This document shows, in pieces, positions 18,636 through 29,376 of a DNA stretch of 41,377 bases. Position 1 is the stretch's first letter. Each line of letters opens with the position of its first letter. Under the pieces are notes generated by a model, which worked only from the letters and a program-made list of their open reading frames with translations, was not told the DNA's origin and searched no databases. Position numbers and translations under genes: made by a program. Source of the DNA: Vampirovibrionaceae bacterium NZW_1234 (GTDB lineage Bacteria > Cyanobacteriota > Vampirovibrionia > Vampirovibrionales > JAGQHJ01); assembly GCA_041697335.1 (NCBI GenBank), contig JBGUGD010000033.1, forward strand, positions 1 to 41,377, in the 5' to 3' direction.

Positions 18636-18827
18636 ATGCCCAAGAGAAGCAATGGAGAGGTTTCAAGCAATCTGAAGAAAAAACAGCACTCCGGCGCTGA
18701 ACAGCCGGATGAACCTCGGTTTTACAGCCGCAAAAAAAGAGGTGAACCGGTTAGTGAGGATAATATGCTGCGGGAAGAAAGGCTCACAATGGCAGAACTG
18801 GGACGTCCCACCGAGCCCTCGCAGTAA
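18636..18827 (+). CDS. Small hydrophilic hypothetical protein
   Basis: Purine-rich SD (GAGAGGGGAGGG) upstream; start GTG 18627 or ATG 18636; charged and probably disordered. Confidence 0.55.
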   Translation: MPKRSNGEVSSNLKKKQHSGAEQPDEPRFYSRKKRGEPVSEDNMLREERLTMAELGRPTEPSQ

Positions 18828-18862
18828 TTTACGTTTAAGCTTCCTGGAGGAACCTTTGTATT

Positions 18863-19015
18863 ATGGGTGAGCACGTATTCGATGCACTATGGTATATGCT
18901 TCTGTTTTTTCTTGCCGTAGTGAGTCTGGGAACTGCCGGCGTGATGGCCATTGTTCTGGTCAGGTTCTTTAAAAAGCGTACTTTGCTGAAACGAGGTGGC
19001 CGCTATCCGAAGTAG
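18863..19015 (+). CDS. Small single-TM protein (50 aa), not in the ORF track
   Basis: GGAGGA upstream. MGEHVFDALWYMLLFFLAVVSLGTAGVMAIVLVRFFKKRTLLKRGGRYPK*: TM helix followed by a basic tail. Confidence 0.6.
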   Translation: MGEHVFDALWYMLLFFLAVVSLGTAGVMAIVLVRFFKKRTLLKRGGRYPK

Positions 19016-19140
19016 GGTGCTGGTAGCTTTGCAAGGCGCTATTTCCCACCAATATCCCCGTTGTGCTGGCTGAGTCCTCTTTTCACGTTGGCCCGTCTGT
19101 TGGATTGCAGATCTCGCCTTCAGGTTTCAGAATACTCGCC

Positions 19141-19485
19141 ATGATGGAACGGTGGATCGACGAGGGCATATCATTTTTGGCTTTGGGCCTTGACGTGATT
19201 GCTGCCTTATTTATTGGGATTGGGGCAGTCGAGGCGGTCAAGAACACATTTGGCAAGCTCTCCATAAGGAATGCCCATCCGGAATCCAGGCTTCAATTGG
19301 GACGATGGCTGACCTTGGCCTTGGAGTTCCTTTTGGCCGCAGATGTTTTAAGAACAGCCATGTCACCCACCTGGAACGAGATCGGTAAACTCGCTGCCAT
19401 TGCCGCCATTCGGACGGCACTCAATTACTTTCTGGAAAAAGAACTGGACAGGCAAGAACAGGCTGAAAAAGAATCCGGGACCTGA
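19141..19485 (+). CDS. DUF1622 family small membrane protein (paralog of 8323-8667)
   Basis: RLQLGRWLTLALEFLLAADVLRTAMSPTWNEIGKLAAIAAIRTALNYFLEKE. Same length (114 aa) as the first copy when started at ATG 19141. Confidence 0.9.
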   Translation: MMERWIDEGISFLALGLDVIAALFIGIGAVEAVKNTFGKLSIRNAHPESRLQLGRWLTLALEFLLAADVLRTAMSPTWNEIGKLAAIAAIRTALNYFLEKELDRQEQAEKESGT

Positions 19486-19925
19486 TAAACGTTCTCTGGG
19501 ATGTGATCACGCTACGAGTCCTGGACATTCAGATGGAAATAGATCATCCGGTTTCTTTCCTGTTGGGTGATGCTGTGTATTTAAGCCAACGCACAAGACT
19601 CTCTAAACGATTCTCCTGTAATAGTCTAATGGCGTTGCAGCCCATGGAATCAAACGACAAAATGATTCTGAGGGTCTTGAATATGCTATGTCGTAAGACG
19701 ATCAAAGGCGACTATCGTTTTTATTTGGGATTTTTTGTGGGTAGTTTTGTTTTCTATGAAGGTTTTTGGGAATATTTTATTCTTAACCCCTTGCTAAATC
19801 AATCTTCTGAAGATGTTTTACTCTGCAAAAGCCTGAAAAGGAACTATAAAGAAACTATTAATTCCATTCAAGTTTTCATCCACACTGCCGAAGACCAATT
19901 TAATTGGAGTCTACCTGAGGCGTTT

Positions 19926-21257
19926 ATGGCTCATATCCTGTATATTGCTCAATTTTACAGTTCGGCAGAGCAGCCTGGAGGGCAGGGATTTCGGCATTTT
20001 AAACATACTCAAGCTTTGGCAGAGAATGGCCATCAGGTTACATTAATCACCAGTGGCAATACAACAATGTCCAATAATCATCGGGAACAGGACGTCGTCC
20101 CCAGCCATCCGGATGTTACAATTGTCCACTTGAAATCCAAACCATTGAATAAACGCAATGTCATCAGTCGTGCCATCAATTATTTTCAATTTGGGTTTAA
20201 TGCACTCGCTGCTGGTATCCAGCTAACCCTGACAGAAAAGCCACGATATGAGATTGTTCTAGGATCATCTCCATCGATTGTGATTGGTGTCATTGCCTTT
20301 ATACTGGCTTTTTTAAATCAAGCCAAATTCTACCTGGAAGTTCGTGACTTGTGGAGTCAGGTCATGGCTGCCAATGGCTTTATTCGAAATAAAATGGTCA
20401 TTGCCCTGAATGCTTGGGTTGAAACGTTTTTGTACCATCATGCGGATACAATTATTGTCCTTTCACAGGCTTTCGAAGAGGAGATCCGAAAACAGGCTCC
20501 TGGAACAAAAGCCGACTTCTTCTTTATACCCAACGGAGCAGATTTTGAAATTGCAGCACCGGCTCAGTCACGAGTCACGTCAGCGCCGGTTAAGAGCAAG
20601 CCGTTTGAAGTCGTTTTTGCTGGTGTATTTAGCGATTATACCAAGTTGGAAACCTTGATTGAGACCGCAAAAATTCTTCAAGCTAAAGAAGAAATCGTAT
20701 TTCACCTTGTTGGAGGGGGATATGAGTATGAAAAAATTAAAGCGCTTGCCGAAGAAGCAGGACTCGAAAATGTCAACTTCTGGCCTGCAATCTCCAAGTC
20801 AGAAGTCTCCCATTTCCTCGCCCGATGCGATTTGTCTGTCATCAGTTATCGTGATTTGGAAATCTATAAGACCGTTCTGCCCAATAAGTTGTTCGAATAT
20901 ATGACAATAGCACGCCCCATTGTCGCTAGTGTTTGCCCCGGGGAAATTACCAAAGTTATCGAAAGTAGTGAATGTGGAATAGTTGTACCTCCTGAGTCTC
21001 CCGAACAGCTTGCACAAAGTATTGTGTGGCTCTACGAGCATCCAGCAGAACGGCACAAGATGGGCAAAAATGCTGTGAGATATGTGAGAAAGCATTTCGA
21101 TAGAAGCAGACTAGTGCAACAGTATGTCGATATTTTCCCAATGACGGAAGAACAGTCTATGCCTATGCAGATGGCGATATGGAATGATGAAATGGAAACC
21201 ATTAAACTCAGTCCAGTCGTGGTTGCTTCTGGCTCGGAAAATCGACAGACCGCCTAA
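19926..21257 (+). CDS. Glycosyltransferase family 4 (WbuB-like)
   Basis: MAHILYIAQFY, GHQVTLIT, SSPS, LEVRDLW, IPNGAD, FAG, LPNKLFEYM..ARPIV, G.VVPPESPEQLA. Confidence 0.93.
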   Translation: MAHILYIAQFYSSAEQPGGQGFRHFKHTQALAENGHQVTLITSGNTTMSNNHREQDVVPSHPDVTIVHLKSKPLNKRNVISRAINYFQFGFNALAAGIQLTLTEKPRYEIVLGSSPSIVIGVIAFILAFLNQAKFYLEVRDLWSQVMAANGFIRNKMVIALNAWVETFLYHHADTIIVLSQAFEEEIRKQAPGTKADFFFIPNGADFEIAAPAQSRVTSAPVKSKPFEVVFAGVFSDYTKLETLIETAKILQAKEEIVFHLVGGGYEYEKIKALAEEAGLENVNFWPAISKSEVSHFLARCDLSVISYRDLEIYKTVLPNKLFEYMTIARPIVASVCPGEITKVIESSECGIVVPPESPEQLAQSIVWLYEHPAERHKMGKNAVRYVRKHFDRSRLVQQYVDIFPMTEEQSMPMQMAIWNDEMETIKLSPVVVASGSENRQTA

Positions 21258-21298
21258 ATTCATCGACCCTAATCATTAAACTCAATGTTTGGCTTATT

Positions 21299-22645
21299 TT
21301 AAGGAAGTCTTGGCTCTCTGCGAGTTTGGTGCAGCCGAATTGTCTTGTCAAACGCTGCCATCATTTCCTGATATAGTGATTCGGAACTATATGTCCGGGT
21401 TACAAAAGAAAACCCATTCATACCCAGCTGTTCAGCCAGTGCCGGATTATCCCAGAGTTCTTTTACACACTGGCGCAGAGAGGTCACATCACCAGGTGGG
21501 TATAATAATCCGGTTTCTCCATGATGAACCAGCTCGGGAATGCCACCAACTTGTGTTCCAATAACGGCTTTTGAAAAGGAAAACGCTTCTAGAATAACCA
21601 TGCCTAAGTTTTCGTAGGACAGAGAGGGAATAATAACTGCAAGTGCATTCTGAAACAGTTCCGCAAGCTCAAGACCACTTTTCCATGGGAGTAAATGAAT
21701 ATGACTTAAATTGCCGGACTTGATGTAGGCCTCCATCTCTGTACGATATGGGCCGCTCCCGGCAATATAAAGAGGAATATCCGGAAGTGCTTCGAATGCT
21801 TGAATTAATGAAAGATAGCCTTTCGAAGCTTGAAGCCGCCCTAAGGATAAAAAATAGTGATTTTGACTGCTTGAGTGGGATGGCTTCTCCTGCCTAATTA
21901 ATCCATCTCCAAAGCTATTGCGTAATATTCCGACCTCGTTATGTCTAAACTGATAAGATTGTTGGATAAGAACTTTAAGAGACTGACTTGGCGTCACAAT
22001 ATAGTCGACAGAGTCCGGTAAGCCTTTCAAAACGTCTCTGAATTCCATGAGTCGTGCGATACGTTTCAAGGGGTTGGCAATGCATTTATAAGTAATACAT
22101 GATTTTCCCCAATCATCTTTTTGAGTGCAAAGGCCTTCGCAGTTGTTGGTTATATCGTAACGAGCTCCTTTATTTAATTCTCTGTTTGGACATATGAGGG
22201 TTGGGCCATGGACCTTATAAATACTGGGAATACCAAGTTGCTTTGGAAGCTGAAACAACTCTTTAAACCGTAAGAAATCACCCGTAGAGTGAAAGTAGAC
22301 AATGTCAGGCTTAAAATCCTGGATAGCAGCTTTCAGCCTGCGGGTAATGATAAAGGGGCGTAAAGGGTTTTTTTGCTCTACCAGATAAAAATATCTCCGA
22401 ATTTTATATAAGACCTTTCGCCATAAGCTCGATGTATCCTTTAGTTGATGGTAGACATAGAAATCCGGAAATGCGAAATAATGCATGGCACTGCATTTGG
22501 ATTCGTGTGGAAAAAAGCTTAGATTAAAATGAAGACAAAAATGACCGATCGTATGCGAATGTTCTTGTAGCAATTTAGTCTCGTTAATCAGAACGGTTGG
22601 AACCCCACCGCCGGAATGGCGTTCAAAAACAAATAGAATTCGCAT
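21299..22645 (-). CDS. Glycosyltransferase family 4
   Basis: MRILFV...GGG, FKPDIVYFH, LGRLQASKG, PSLSYENLGMVILEAF (EX7E), GGIPELV.HGETG. Confidence 0.93.
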   Translation of the reverse strand: MRILFVFERHSGGGVPTVLINETKLLQEHSHTIGHFCLHFNLSFFPHESKCSAMHYFAFPDFYVYHQLKDTSSLWRKVLYKIRRYFYLVEQKNPLRPFIITRRLKAAIQDFKPDIVYFHSTGDFLRFKELFQLPKQLGIPSIYKVHGPTLICPNRELNKGARYDITNNCEGLCTQKDDWGKSCITYKCIANPLKRIARLMEFRDVLKGLPDSVDYIVTPSQSLKVLIQQSYQFRHNEVGILRNSFGDGLIRQEKPSHSSSQNHYFLSLGRLQASKGYLSLIQAFEALPDIPLYIAGSGPYRTEMEAYIKSGNLSHIHLLPWKSGLELAELFQNALAVIIPSLSYENLGMVILEAFSFSKAVIGTQVGGIPELVHHGETGLLYPPGDVTSLRQCVKELWDNPALAEQLGMNGFSFVTRTYSSESLYQEMMAAFDKTIRLHQTRREPRLP

Positions 22646-22828
22646 TGTCTGGGATCCGTTTGCCTTCAAGTGTCCAAGAAATACAAAGAGGTTATCTAGT
22701 ATACATTATAGTTTAGTTGTCTCCGGAATTATCATTCGTACAGGGGAATTTGAAATTTATCGGCACGGTATAATAAAGAAAGTGTTTTGCTGGGGCTTTT
22801 GCTGCCCAGGCGGTGAGAGAAGGGAATC

Positions 22829-23866
22829 ATGTCTCTGCCTGAGAAACTTGAACAACAACCATTACCCAAGGTATTGCCACCATTAGTTATTTTTGGTTAT
22901 AGACGCCCTGATAAGCTTAAGCTCGTTTTAGAGGCCATCAAGCACCAAACGGTTTTACCTGAAAAAATCATCGCCTTTATTGATGGTCCTGCGGAACCGG
23001 AAACACAAACTAAAGTGGACAAATGTCTACAGTGTCTTCGTGAGTTTGATGTTGTACAAATTGATATTCGAGCTCGTGAGTGTAATTTGGGATGCCGTCA
23101 GAACATTCTTCAAGGAATAGATGAGATTTTAGCCAATAATGATTCTATAGTTGTTTTGGAAGATGATACAGTACCATCACCGGCCTTCTATGAGACTATG
23201 TGTCGGCTTCTGAATAGTTATAAGCCATTTAAAAAAATCTTTTCTATAACAGGGTATAATGCCTTGCATGCAACGGATTATGTTCGTACCTATCCTATTG
23301 GTGGTCGCAAGCTTCTTCAAAAGTTGAAAACAGATATGTTTTTGACAAACCGGTTTTCGACCTGGGGTTGGGCAACCTGGGGTGATCGATGGAATGAGAT
23401 ACGAGAGATGGTCTTTAATGTAAAACATCCTTACGGATCATTTCATAAGATACCATTACTATTGACTACTTTTGATACCGTTTATATTGCATACTATTTT
23501 GCCAGGCCGGGTCAGCAGTCTTCACGATGGGGAATATCAGTCTTTCTAGCTGTTCTATATAAAGGCTGTTATACTCTGACTCCTCGCTTTTCAATGATTA
23601 ACAATATTGGTTTTGGCGATATAGATGCAGCCCATAATACGCGTTATCTGTCCTGGGTCAATGATCTTTACTGCGAAGACTACGTCCCGGAGACCTTACC
23701 TGAATCATTGGATCTACTACCTGAATTTGAAAAGCCATTGAGTCCGATGTTGGTCATGTATTTTATTGTGATCAGGATATTCGGTAGGTTGAGATTTTAT
23801 TTTCAGAAAACTGTGGCTCGTTTCCTTGGCTTAAAATTAGTTTCGGCTCAGATGAGGGATGGCTAA
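22829..23866 (+). CDS. GT-A fold glycosyltransferase (family 2-like)
   Basis: PLVIFGYRRP, FIDGP, NLGC..NI..GI, IVVLEDD, FSITGY, TWGWATW.DRW, NIGFG. Confidence 0.9.
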   Translation: MSLPEKLEQQPLPKVLPPLVIFGYRRPDKLKLVLEAIKHQTVLPEKIIAFIDGPAEPETQTKVDKCLQCLREFDVVQIDIRARECNLGCRQNILQGIDEILANNDSIVVLEDDTVPSPAFYETMCRLLNSYKPFKKIFSITGYNALHATDYVRTYPIGGRKLLQKLKTDMFLTNRFSTWGWATWGDRWNEIREMVFNVKHPYGSFHKIPLLLTTFDTVYIAYYFARPGQQSSRWGISVFLAVLYKGCYTLTPRFSMINNIGFGDIDAAHNTRYLSWVNDLYCEDYVPETLPESLDLLPEFEKPLSPMLVMYFIVIRIFGRLRFYFQKTVARFLGLKLVSAQMRDG

Positions 23867-23869
23867 TTC

Positions 23870-25105
23870 ATGTCTCACCGTCTTACATTCTTTGCTGCAT
23901 TTGTGTTTATGGCTCTCTATATTTCCATTGATATCTTGGTCAATTTTGTTCCCTTGTCTCGGGAAATGATATATGTAGGGATATACGGATTTTCCTTTAT
24001 TTGTTGTTCTATTCTTTGGTGGATTGGTCCTATTAATTGGGGTTCTATCTTATTTAGTAGGACTCCTTTGCCTGTTTGGCTTCTAATTTTGCTGATGGCC
24101 TGGAGTGGATTTAGCATATTGTGGCTTGAGCCACAGTATCAGTCCACTGCATGTATGGTTCTAATGCATGAAGTTGGAAAAGCCAGTGTAATTTATTTTG
24201 TTGGTATGTATGGAGATATCGCAAATATGTTTCGTGGCGGTGTCTTGGGGTATGCTGTCGGTTCTCTGGTTTCAATTTTGTATCTTCTGAGCACAATAAA
24301 TATTTCATCGGTCCTGCGTTTGGGCTCGGAAGGCATTATAAACCCCAACGATCTTGGGATGATTATGACGTTTTCTATATTGGTCTGTATCTATCTATTT
24401 CTCCAGACGAGACAGGTAGGTTATCGACTGCTGATCGGCATGGCATTTATAATTTTTCTCAGCGGCTTAATCATGTCATTCAGTAAGACAGCGATTGCAA
24501 GTATGGCTTTATGCTCTCTAGTTTTTCTTATACTTAAAGGTGTAAAGTTACGCAATTTACTAATATTTATTGCCATTTTGATTTTAGATGCCGCCTTCTT
24601 TTTTGATAGAATTAAAGCCAATATTATGAATGTGAAACATTTTGAAACGCTTACACATCGAACCGAGGTTTGGGACTACACGTTGCAGATGATTAAAGCG
24701 AACCCAATTTGGGGCTATGGATTTAAAAGTTTCCAGAGCGCGGGTCCATTTAACTTTATTACAGCACATAACGATTATTTGAGCCGATGGTTTGAGGGTG
24801 GAATTGTCGCTGTCGTTCTTCTTATAAGCATTTATCTGGCCTATCTGGCTCTAAGTATTAAGGTCTATAAAACGCCAGGTTTAAAAATTCATGGCTCTTT
24901 TGCCTTATCTATGTTGTTGTTCTTTTCCTTGCGCGGTTTCATGGAGGGGAGCCATATTTTGATATTTTACCCTCCTATTTTAACAATGACTTCTCTCGGT
25001 TTATATTTTATGTGGCGTAAGGCTGTTATGTCCCAACTCTACCAGTCCGTTGTTCTTATGAATCATAAGGTCGGTTTTGAGTCATCGAATCCGGTGACAA
25101 GTTAA
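23870..25105 (+). CDS. O-antigen ligase / Wzy polymerase family membrane protein
   Basis: Many TM segments; RLG..INPNDLG, SFSKTA, LTHRTEVW, NPIWGYG, AHNDYL...EGG. Confidence 0.9.
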   Translation: MSHRLTFFAAFVFMALYISIDILVNFVPLSREMIYVGIYGFSFICCSILWWIGPINWGSILFSRTPLPVWLLILLMAWSGFSILWLEPQYQSTACMVLMHEVGKASVIYFVGMYGDIANMFRGGVLGYAVGSLVSILYLLSTINISSVLRLGSEGIINPNDLGMIMTFSILVCIYLFLQTRQVGYRLLIGMAFIIFLSGLIMSFSKTAIASMALCSLVFLILKGVKLRNLLIFIAILILDAAFFFDRIKANIMNVKHFETLTHRTEVWDYTLQMIKANPIWGYGFKSFQSAGPFNFITAHNDYLSRWFEGGIVAVVLLISIYLAYLALSIKVYKTPGLKIHGSFALSMLLFFSLRGFMEGSHILIFYPPILTMTSLGLYFMWRKAVMSQLYQSVVLMNHKVGFESSNPVTS

Positions 25106-25276
25106 TATGGCTGATTTAATGCCAGCATGCCCGGCAATGATGTTGAAAATAGCTTCTTAATTTTAGAGGTCCTCCTTTCTCGCTAAAATCAAGCCTTGTA
25201 GCTCCTATGGTAGCATGATATGTCTTTTCTCTTATCTGCTAAAATGAGTGTATGAGGGCCACAACGAAGTGTTGGT

Positions 25277-27490
25277 ATGTATCAGATCTTTCAAAAATCT
25301 TATCTGAAACCTGAAATTTGTATCGATGATGTTCCTGCGCCAAACTTGCATCCACAAGGGATTCTCGTTCAGACCTATTTCTCCTTAATTAGTCCAGGGA
25401 CTGAGCGGGCAGCGATTAGTTTTGCAAGAAAGAGCCTAATTGGTAAAGTTTTTTCCCAATCTGAACGTGTTAACCTGTTGGTTCGTAAAATGAGGCAAAA
25501 TGGGATATTTCCTACCCTCCAGCTTGCAAAACGCAAGCTGGAAGTCCCTGTGCCTCTAGGATACAGTGCTTCGGGTATTGTTGTGGCCGTCGGGGAAGAG
25601 GTGAAAGATATATGTATTGGGCAACGTGTTGCCTGTTGCGGATCACAATTTGCAAACCACGCAGAATTTTTATACATTCCCCAAAACCTCTTTGTTCCGC
25701 TGCCCGCAAATTTGTCCTATGAGGAAGGGGCGTTTGTAGCTCTAGGAGCCATTGCTTTACATGGAGTTCGACTGGCATCGATTGCATTGGGGGAGACTGT
25801 CGTTGTTATTGGTTTGGGCTTGGTAGGACAGTTAGCAGTTCAGCTCGCAAAGGCTAACGGTGCAACAGTTATTGGAATTGATTTGGATGCAGAACGCTTG
25901 GAGAAGGCACGCTCCCTTGGGGCTGCAGCAGCTTTTAATCGGTTTGACAATAATTTAATCAGTCAAGTTTATTCATTGACACAAGGCAAGGGGGCTGATG
26001 TTGTATTAATCGCTGCGGCCACCCCATCGGATGATCCCGTATTTTTGGCAGGTGAGCTTGCGCGTGATAAAGGACGTATCGTCGCCATTGGCGATGTTGG
26101 AATGAGGTTGCCCCGCAAGATTTATTACGAGAAAGAGCTATCATTTATTGTGTCTCGCTCCTATGGTCCTGGCCGGTATGATGATGCCTATGAGAAAGAA
26201 GGCCAATCTTACCCTTCAGCTTATGTTCGCTGGACAGAGCGGGACAATATGGCATGCTTTCTGAAATTGGTGGCTGAAGGCCAAGTACGCCTGGAACCCT
26301 TGGTGAGTGGGAAATACCCCATGCATGAAGCGGCTAAAGCCTATGAACTTTTAATATCACCCGAGAGAAAACAGTCTCAGGTGCTTGGAATACTCATCCA
26401 GTATCCGGCTAGCCAGGAAGAATCCAAGGTGATGGATACCTCGCCTACAGAGAAAATCTTCCTGGCCAATGCTATTAAGCGCTCTGTTGATGGGTGTTTA
26501 GGCCTCGGTATTATTGGTACAGGTGATTTTGTTCGTTCTGTGATGTTGCCTATTTTTAGCAAGCACCCACTCATCAAGTTGAGAGGGATTGTTTCTAATA
26601 ATGGTCTACATTCTAAAATCCTTGCGACTCAATATCGCTTTTCGTATTGTGCTTCAGAGCTATCGGCCCTAGTATCCGATCCGGACTGCCAAGTGGTTTA
26701 TATTGCAACCCGGCATGACAGTCATTGCGCAATTATCAAGGAAGCCCTGAAAGCAGGCAAACATGTCTTGGTGGAAAAGCCTTTGGCGACAACACCAAGT
26801 GAGCTTCAGCAGTGTATCGATGCATTGCTCGCTTGTCCCGGACAACATTTTATGGTGGGATTTAACCGCCGGTTTGCTTGTGCGACCCAAAAATTAAAGC
26901 AAGTATTTGAAACCCAGAACTTGTCTCAGGAGCCGATGTCAATATTTTACCGAGTTCATGCAGGACCTGTCCCCGCCAATAGTTGGGTCCATGAACATGG
27001 TGGTCGAGTTGTTGGAGAAATATGTCACTTTGTTGATTGGATTATTTACATAACCGGCTCGCACCCTGTAGAGGTTCGGGTTCACCAATTGGGAGAATCC
27101 CCGAATCCAGATTTGATTATTCACCTGATGTTAAAAAACGGTTCACAGGCTACAATACAGTATGTTACACGTACTTCATCGGCTCGGGGAAAGGAGTATA
27201 TAGAACTATATGCCTCGGGTCTTTCCTGTCAAATTGATGATTTTCGAACATTAAAAATAGCAGATATTAACGGAAAAGCGATGGTTGATGAGCGTTATAG
27301 AAAAAACGTGAAAGGGCATGCCTCGGAAGTGGCTCTTTTCTTGAATCAGATAAAACAGGGGGGAGAACCCATTATTTCTATTCAAGACCTGATTGCAACG
27401 ACTTTGACAACGTTTTCGATTTCTGAAGGAATTTATCTAGGTGCAGGTGTATCGGTTCCGCCTGTTTCTGAATGGCTCAATCCAGCTTGA
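25277..27490 (+). CDS. Bi-domain oxidoreductase (Zn-ADH-like plus Gfo/Idh/MocA) of polysaccharide clusters
   Basis: SLISPGTE, PLGYSASG, GLGLVG, SRSYGPGRYD..YE, RWTE; second domain GIIGTG, IATRHDSH, GKHVLVEKP, VGFNRRF, GEICHFVD. Confidence 0.93.
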   Translation: MYQIFQKSYLKPEICIDDVPAPNLHPQGILVQTYFSLISPGTERAAISFARKSLIGKVFSQSERVNLLVRKMRQNGIFPTLQLAKRKLEVPVPLGYSASGIVVAVGEEVKDICIGQRVACCGSQFANHAEFLYIPQNLFVPLPANLSYEEGAFVALGAIALHGVRLASIALGETVVVIGLGLVGQLAVQLAKANGATVIGIDLDAERLEKARSLGAAAAFNRFDNNLISQVYSLTQGKGADVVLIAAATPSDDPVFLAGELARDKGRIVAIGDVGMRLPRKIYYEKELSFIVSRSYGPGRYDDAYEKEGQSYPSAYVRWTERDNMACFLKLVAEGQVRLEPLVSGKYPMHEAAKAYELLISPERKQSQVLGILIQYPASQEESKVMDTSPTEKIFLANAIKRSVDGCLGLGIIGTGDFVRSVMLPIFSKHPLIKLRGIVSNNGLHSKILATQYRFSYCASELSALVSDPDCQVVYIATRHDSHCAIIKEALKAGKHVLVEKPLATTPSELQQCIDALLACPGQHFMVGFNRRFACATQKLKQVFETQNLSQEPMSIFYRVHAGPVPANSWVHEHGGRVVGEICHFVDWIIYITGSHPVEVRVHQLGESPNPDLIIHLMLKNGSQATIQYVTRTSSARGKEYIELYASGLSCQIDDFRTLKIADINGKAMVDERYRKNVKGHASEVALFLNQIKQGGEPIISIQDLIATTLTTFSISEGIYLGAGVSVPPVSEWLNPA

Positions 27491-27493
27491 GTT

Positions 27494-29353
27494 ATGAGTG
27501 TTATCCGTAAGTTAAAAACCGCGTCGTTGTTTCCTGTTAATAGGATTTTACACCGTTTCTCGATTCGGACTCGGCGATATTTTTACCGTCACAAGATAGG
27601 GAGCGCTCAGGAATTTCTGTTTACCGATCCCTGGCAGAACGTTTTAAGTTACCACGGCTGGATAGAGAACAATGCTGACGCGAGCAAAGTCACTATGGAT
27701 GCTGCTGCTAAGCTTATTGAGTGCTCTGAAGGGACTATTCTGAACCAAAGTTTTCTGTTAGCGACAACATCTGAAGAGCTGGTTACGCTTTTGACCTCCC
27801 GAAGTCCTTTATGGCAAGAGAATTATAGCTATCTGCATTTTTTATTACCACTAGTCTGGTCTCACGAAGAACGATTAGAGGAAGCCGCTCTTGTAATACT
27901 GTCACACCAGCTTGACTTGTGGTGGCAAATGCCTTTCAAAGTGCAATTCTGGTCGACCTATGCAGTTTCACAACGAATAATTGCCTGGAGCGAAATACTA
28001 CATCATCGGCCTCAGCTTCCGGTAATGCTGAAGAATCGAATTGTACAGTCCCTATATCAGGACGCCCGCTATGTTTACCATTTTTTGGAATGGGACGTAC
28101 AAGGCAACCATTTGGTTCGAAATATTAAAGCGCTATTGATTGCGGGACTGGCATTAGAGCAGTGTAAGGACTCTGCCACCTGGCTGCGCAATGCAAGAAG
28201 CATAGCATTGCATATTATCTCAGATCAGATTCTGCCGGACGGTGTTCATATGGAAAGAACACCGATGTATCATGCCTGGGTTTTACAGGATATTCTGGAA
28301 ATGTCTGCCTTGCTGAAATCCTGTAGTTTGCCTGAAAGTGGCCCATTAATGGCTCAAGCAAGGCGCATGTTGAATGTATTAAGTGAAATACGACACGCGT
28401 CAGGTCAGTTGCCATGCTTTGGTGATACCTCGCTACAGCAGATACCCGATTTAGGAACACTGTATGCCTATGCCACCCTGGTCAGTGAAGAGGCTTTCTG
28501 TCTCCCGTCATTTGCCTCGTTGACGAAAAGCACGGTTTTTCCCGATGCGGGTTGGTTAGTTCTTCGTAATCTTCCGAATCAAGCCAGTTTAATCATGGAT
28601 TTTGGTGATTTTGGGCCTCGGGCGCTACCGGCTCATGGGCATTGTGATTTGGCGAGCATTGAAGTTCATGTGAAAAACAAGCCGATCATTGTTGATTCGG
28701 GGGTATCGGAATATCAGGATTCGAAGGAACGGCAGTACTTTCGTGGTACAGGTGCCCATAATACTCTTTGGGTCCCAGGTGAAGAACAGGCCGATATATG
28801 GGGGAGTTTTCGAGTAGGGGCATACCCGCGTCAAGTGGAAGTTCAGGCCGGACAAGACATTTTTCGAATGCGCTACCAAAACCATAACGGGCATTATACT
28901 CATTTGCGGCAGTTGCGCACAGTTGCCGATCATTTCTGGCTTATTTCGGATTACGTATGTTATCACCGAGAGGGCACATATGGATATTCTCTACTTCATC
29001 TCCATCCGGACTGTGTCGTTACTCCGTTCGAAGGGTATTTTCTACTGTCTGGAGGCTTAATTGTCATTGCATTGGGTGGTTCTGCAGATCATATTGTCAG
29101 TGGTAACTGGCAAGGGAACTTAAACTTGTATTCCGCGAGCCTCAATGGTTTACAGCCAGGACACATGCTGGCAATAGATTGTCCCCAACAGCAGGCTTAT
29201 GGCTGGGCTCTCATTCCTTGCAGTCAGAGTATGCCTCAAATCCAGTGGCAATCCACGACGAACCTGATCCTCATATTTGAGAATGGGCATATATATTCGC
29301 TTGTGATCGAACCACATGGCATAAATTTATTTTATAATGGTACCCAGCAGTAA
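27494..29353 (+). CDS. Heparinase II/III family protein
   Basis: LEWDVQGNHL..N.KAL, QILPDGVHMERTPMYH, P.FGD, AHGHCD, VDSG..Y, R.YFRGTGAHNT, WGSFRVG. Confidence 0.9.
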   Translation: MSVIRKLKTASLFPVNRILHRFSIRTRRYFYRHKIGSAQEFLFTDPWQNVLSYHGWIENNADASKVTMDAAAKLIECSEGTILNQSFLLATTSEELVTLLTSRSPLWQENYSYLHFLLPLVWSHEERLEEAALVILSHQLDLWWQMPFKVQFWSTYAVSQRIIAWSEILHHRPQLPVMLKNRIVQSLYQDARYVYHFLEWDVQGNHLVRNIKALLIAGLALEQCKDSATWLRNARSIALHIISDQILPDGVHMERTPMYHAWVLQDILEMSALLKSCSLPESGPLMAQARRMLNVLSEIRHASGQLPCFGDTSLQQIPDLGTLYAYATLVSEEAFCLPSFASLTKSTVFPDAGWLVLRNLPNQASLIMDFGDFGPRALPAHGHCDLASIEVHVKNKPIIVDSGVSEYQDSKERQYFRGTGAHNTLWVPGEEQADIWGSFRVGAYPRQVEVQAGQDIFRMRYQNHNGHYTHLRQLRTVADHFWLISDYVCYHREGTYGYSLLHLHPDCVVTPFEGYFLLSGGLIVIALGGSADHIVSGNWQGNLNLYSASLNGLQPGHMLAIDCPQQQAYGWALIPCSQSMPQIQWQSTTNLILIFENGHIYSLVIEPHGINLFYNGTQQ

Positions 29354-29376
29354 ATATAGGCTGTGTACATAGTTGG

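Noticed and set aside
19503..19925. 141-aa N-terminal extension of the GT4 ORF
   Set aside because: Family homology starts at MAHILYI (ATG 19926, GAGG upstream); the extension looks like AT-rich promoter DNA that is open by chance.
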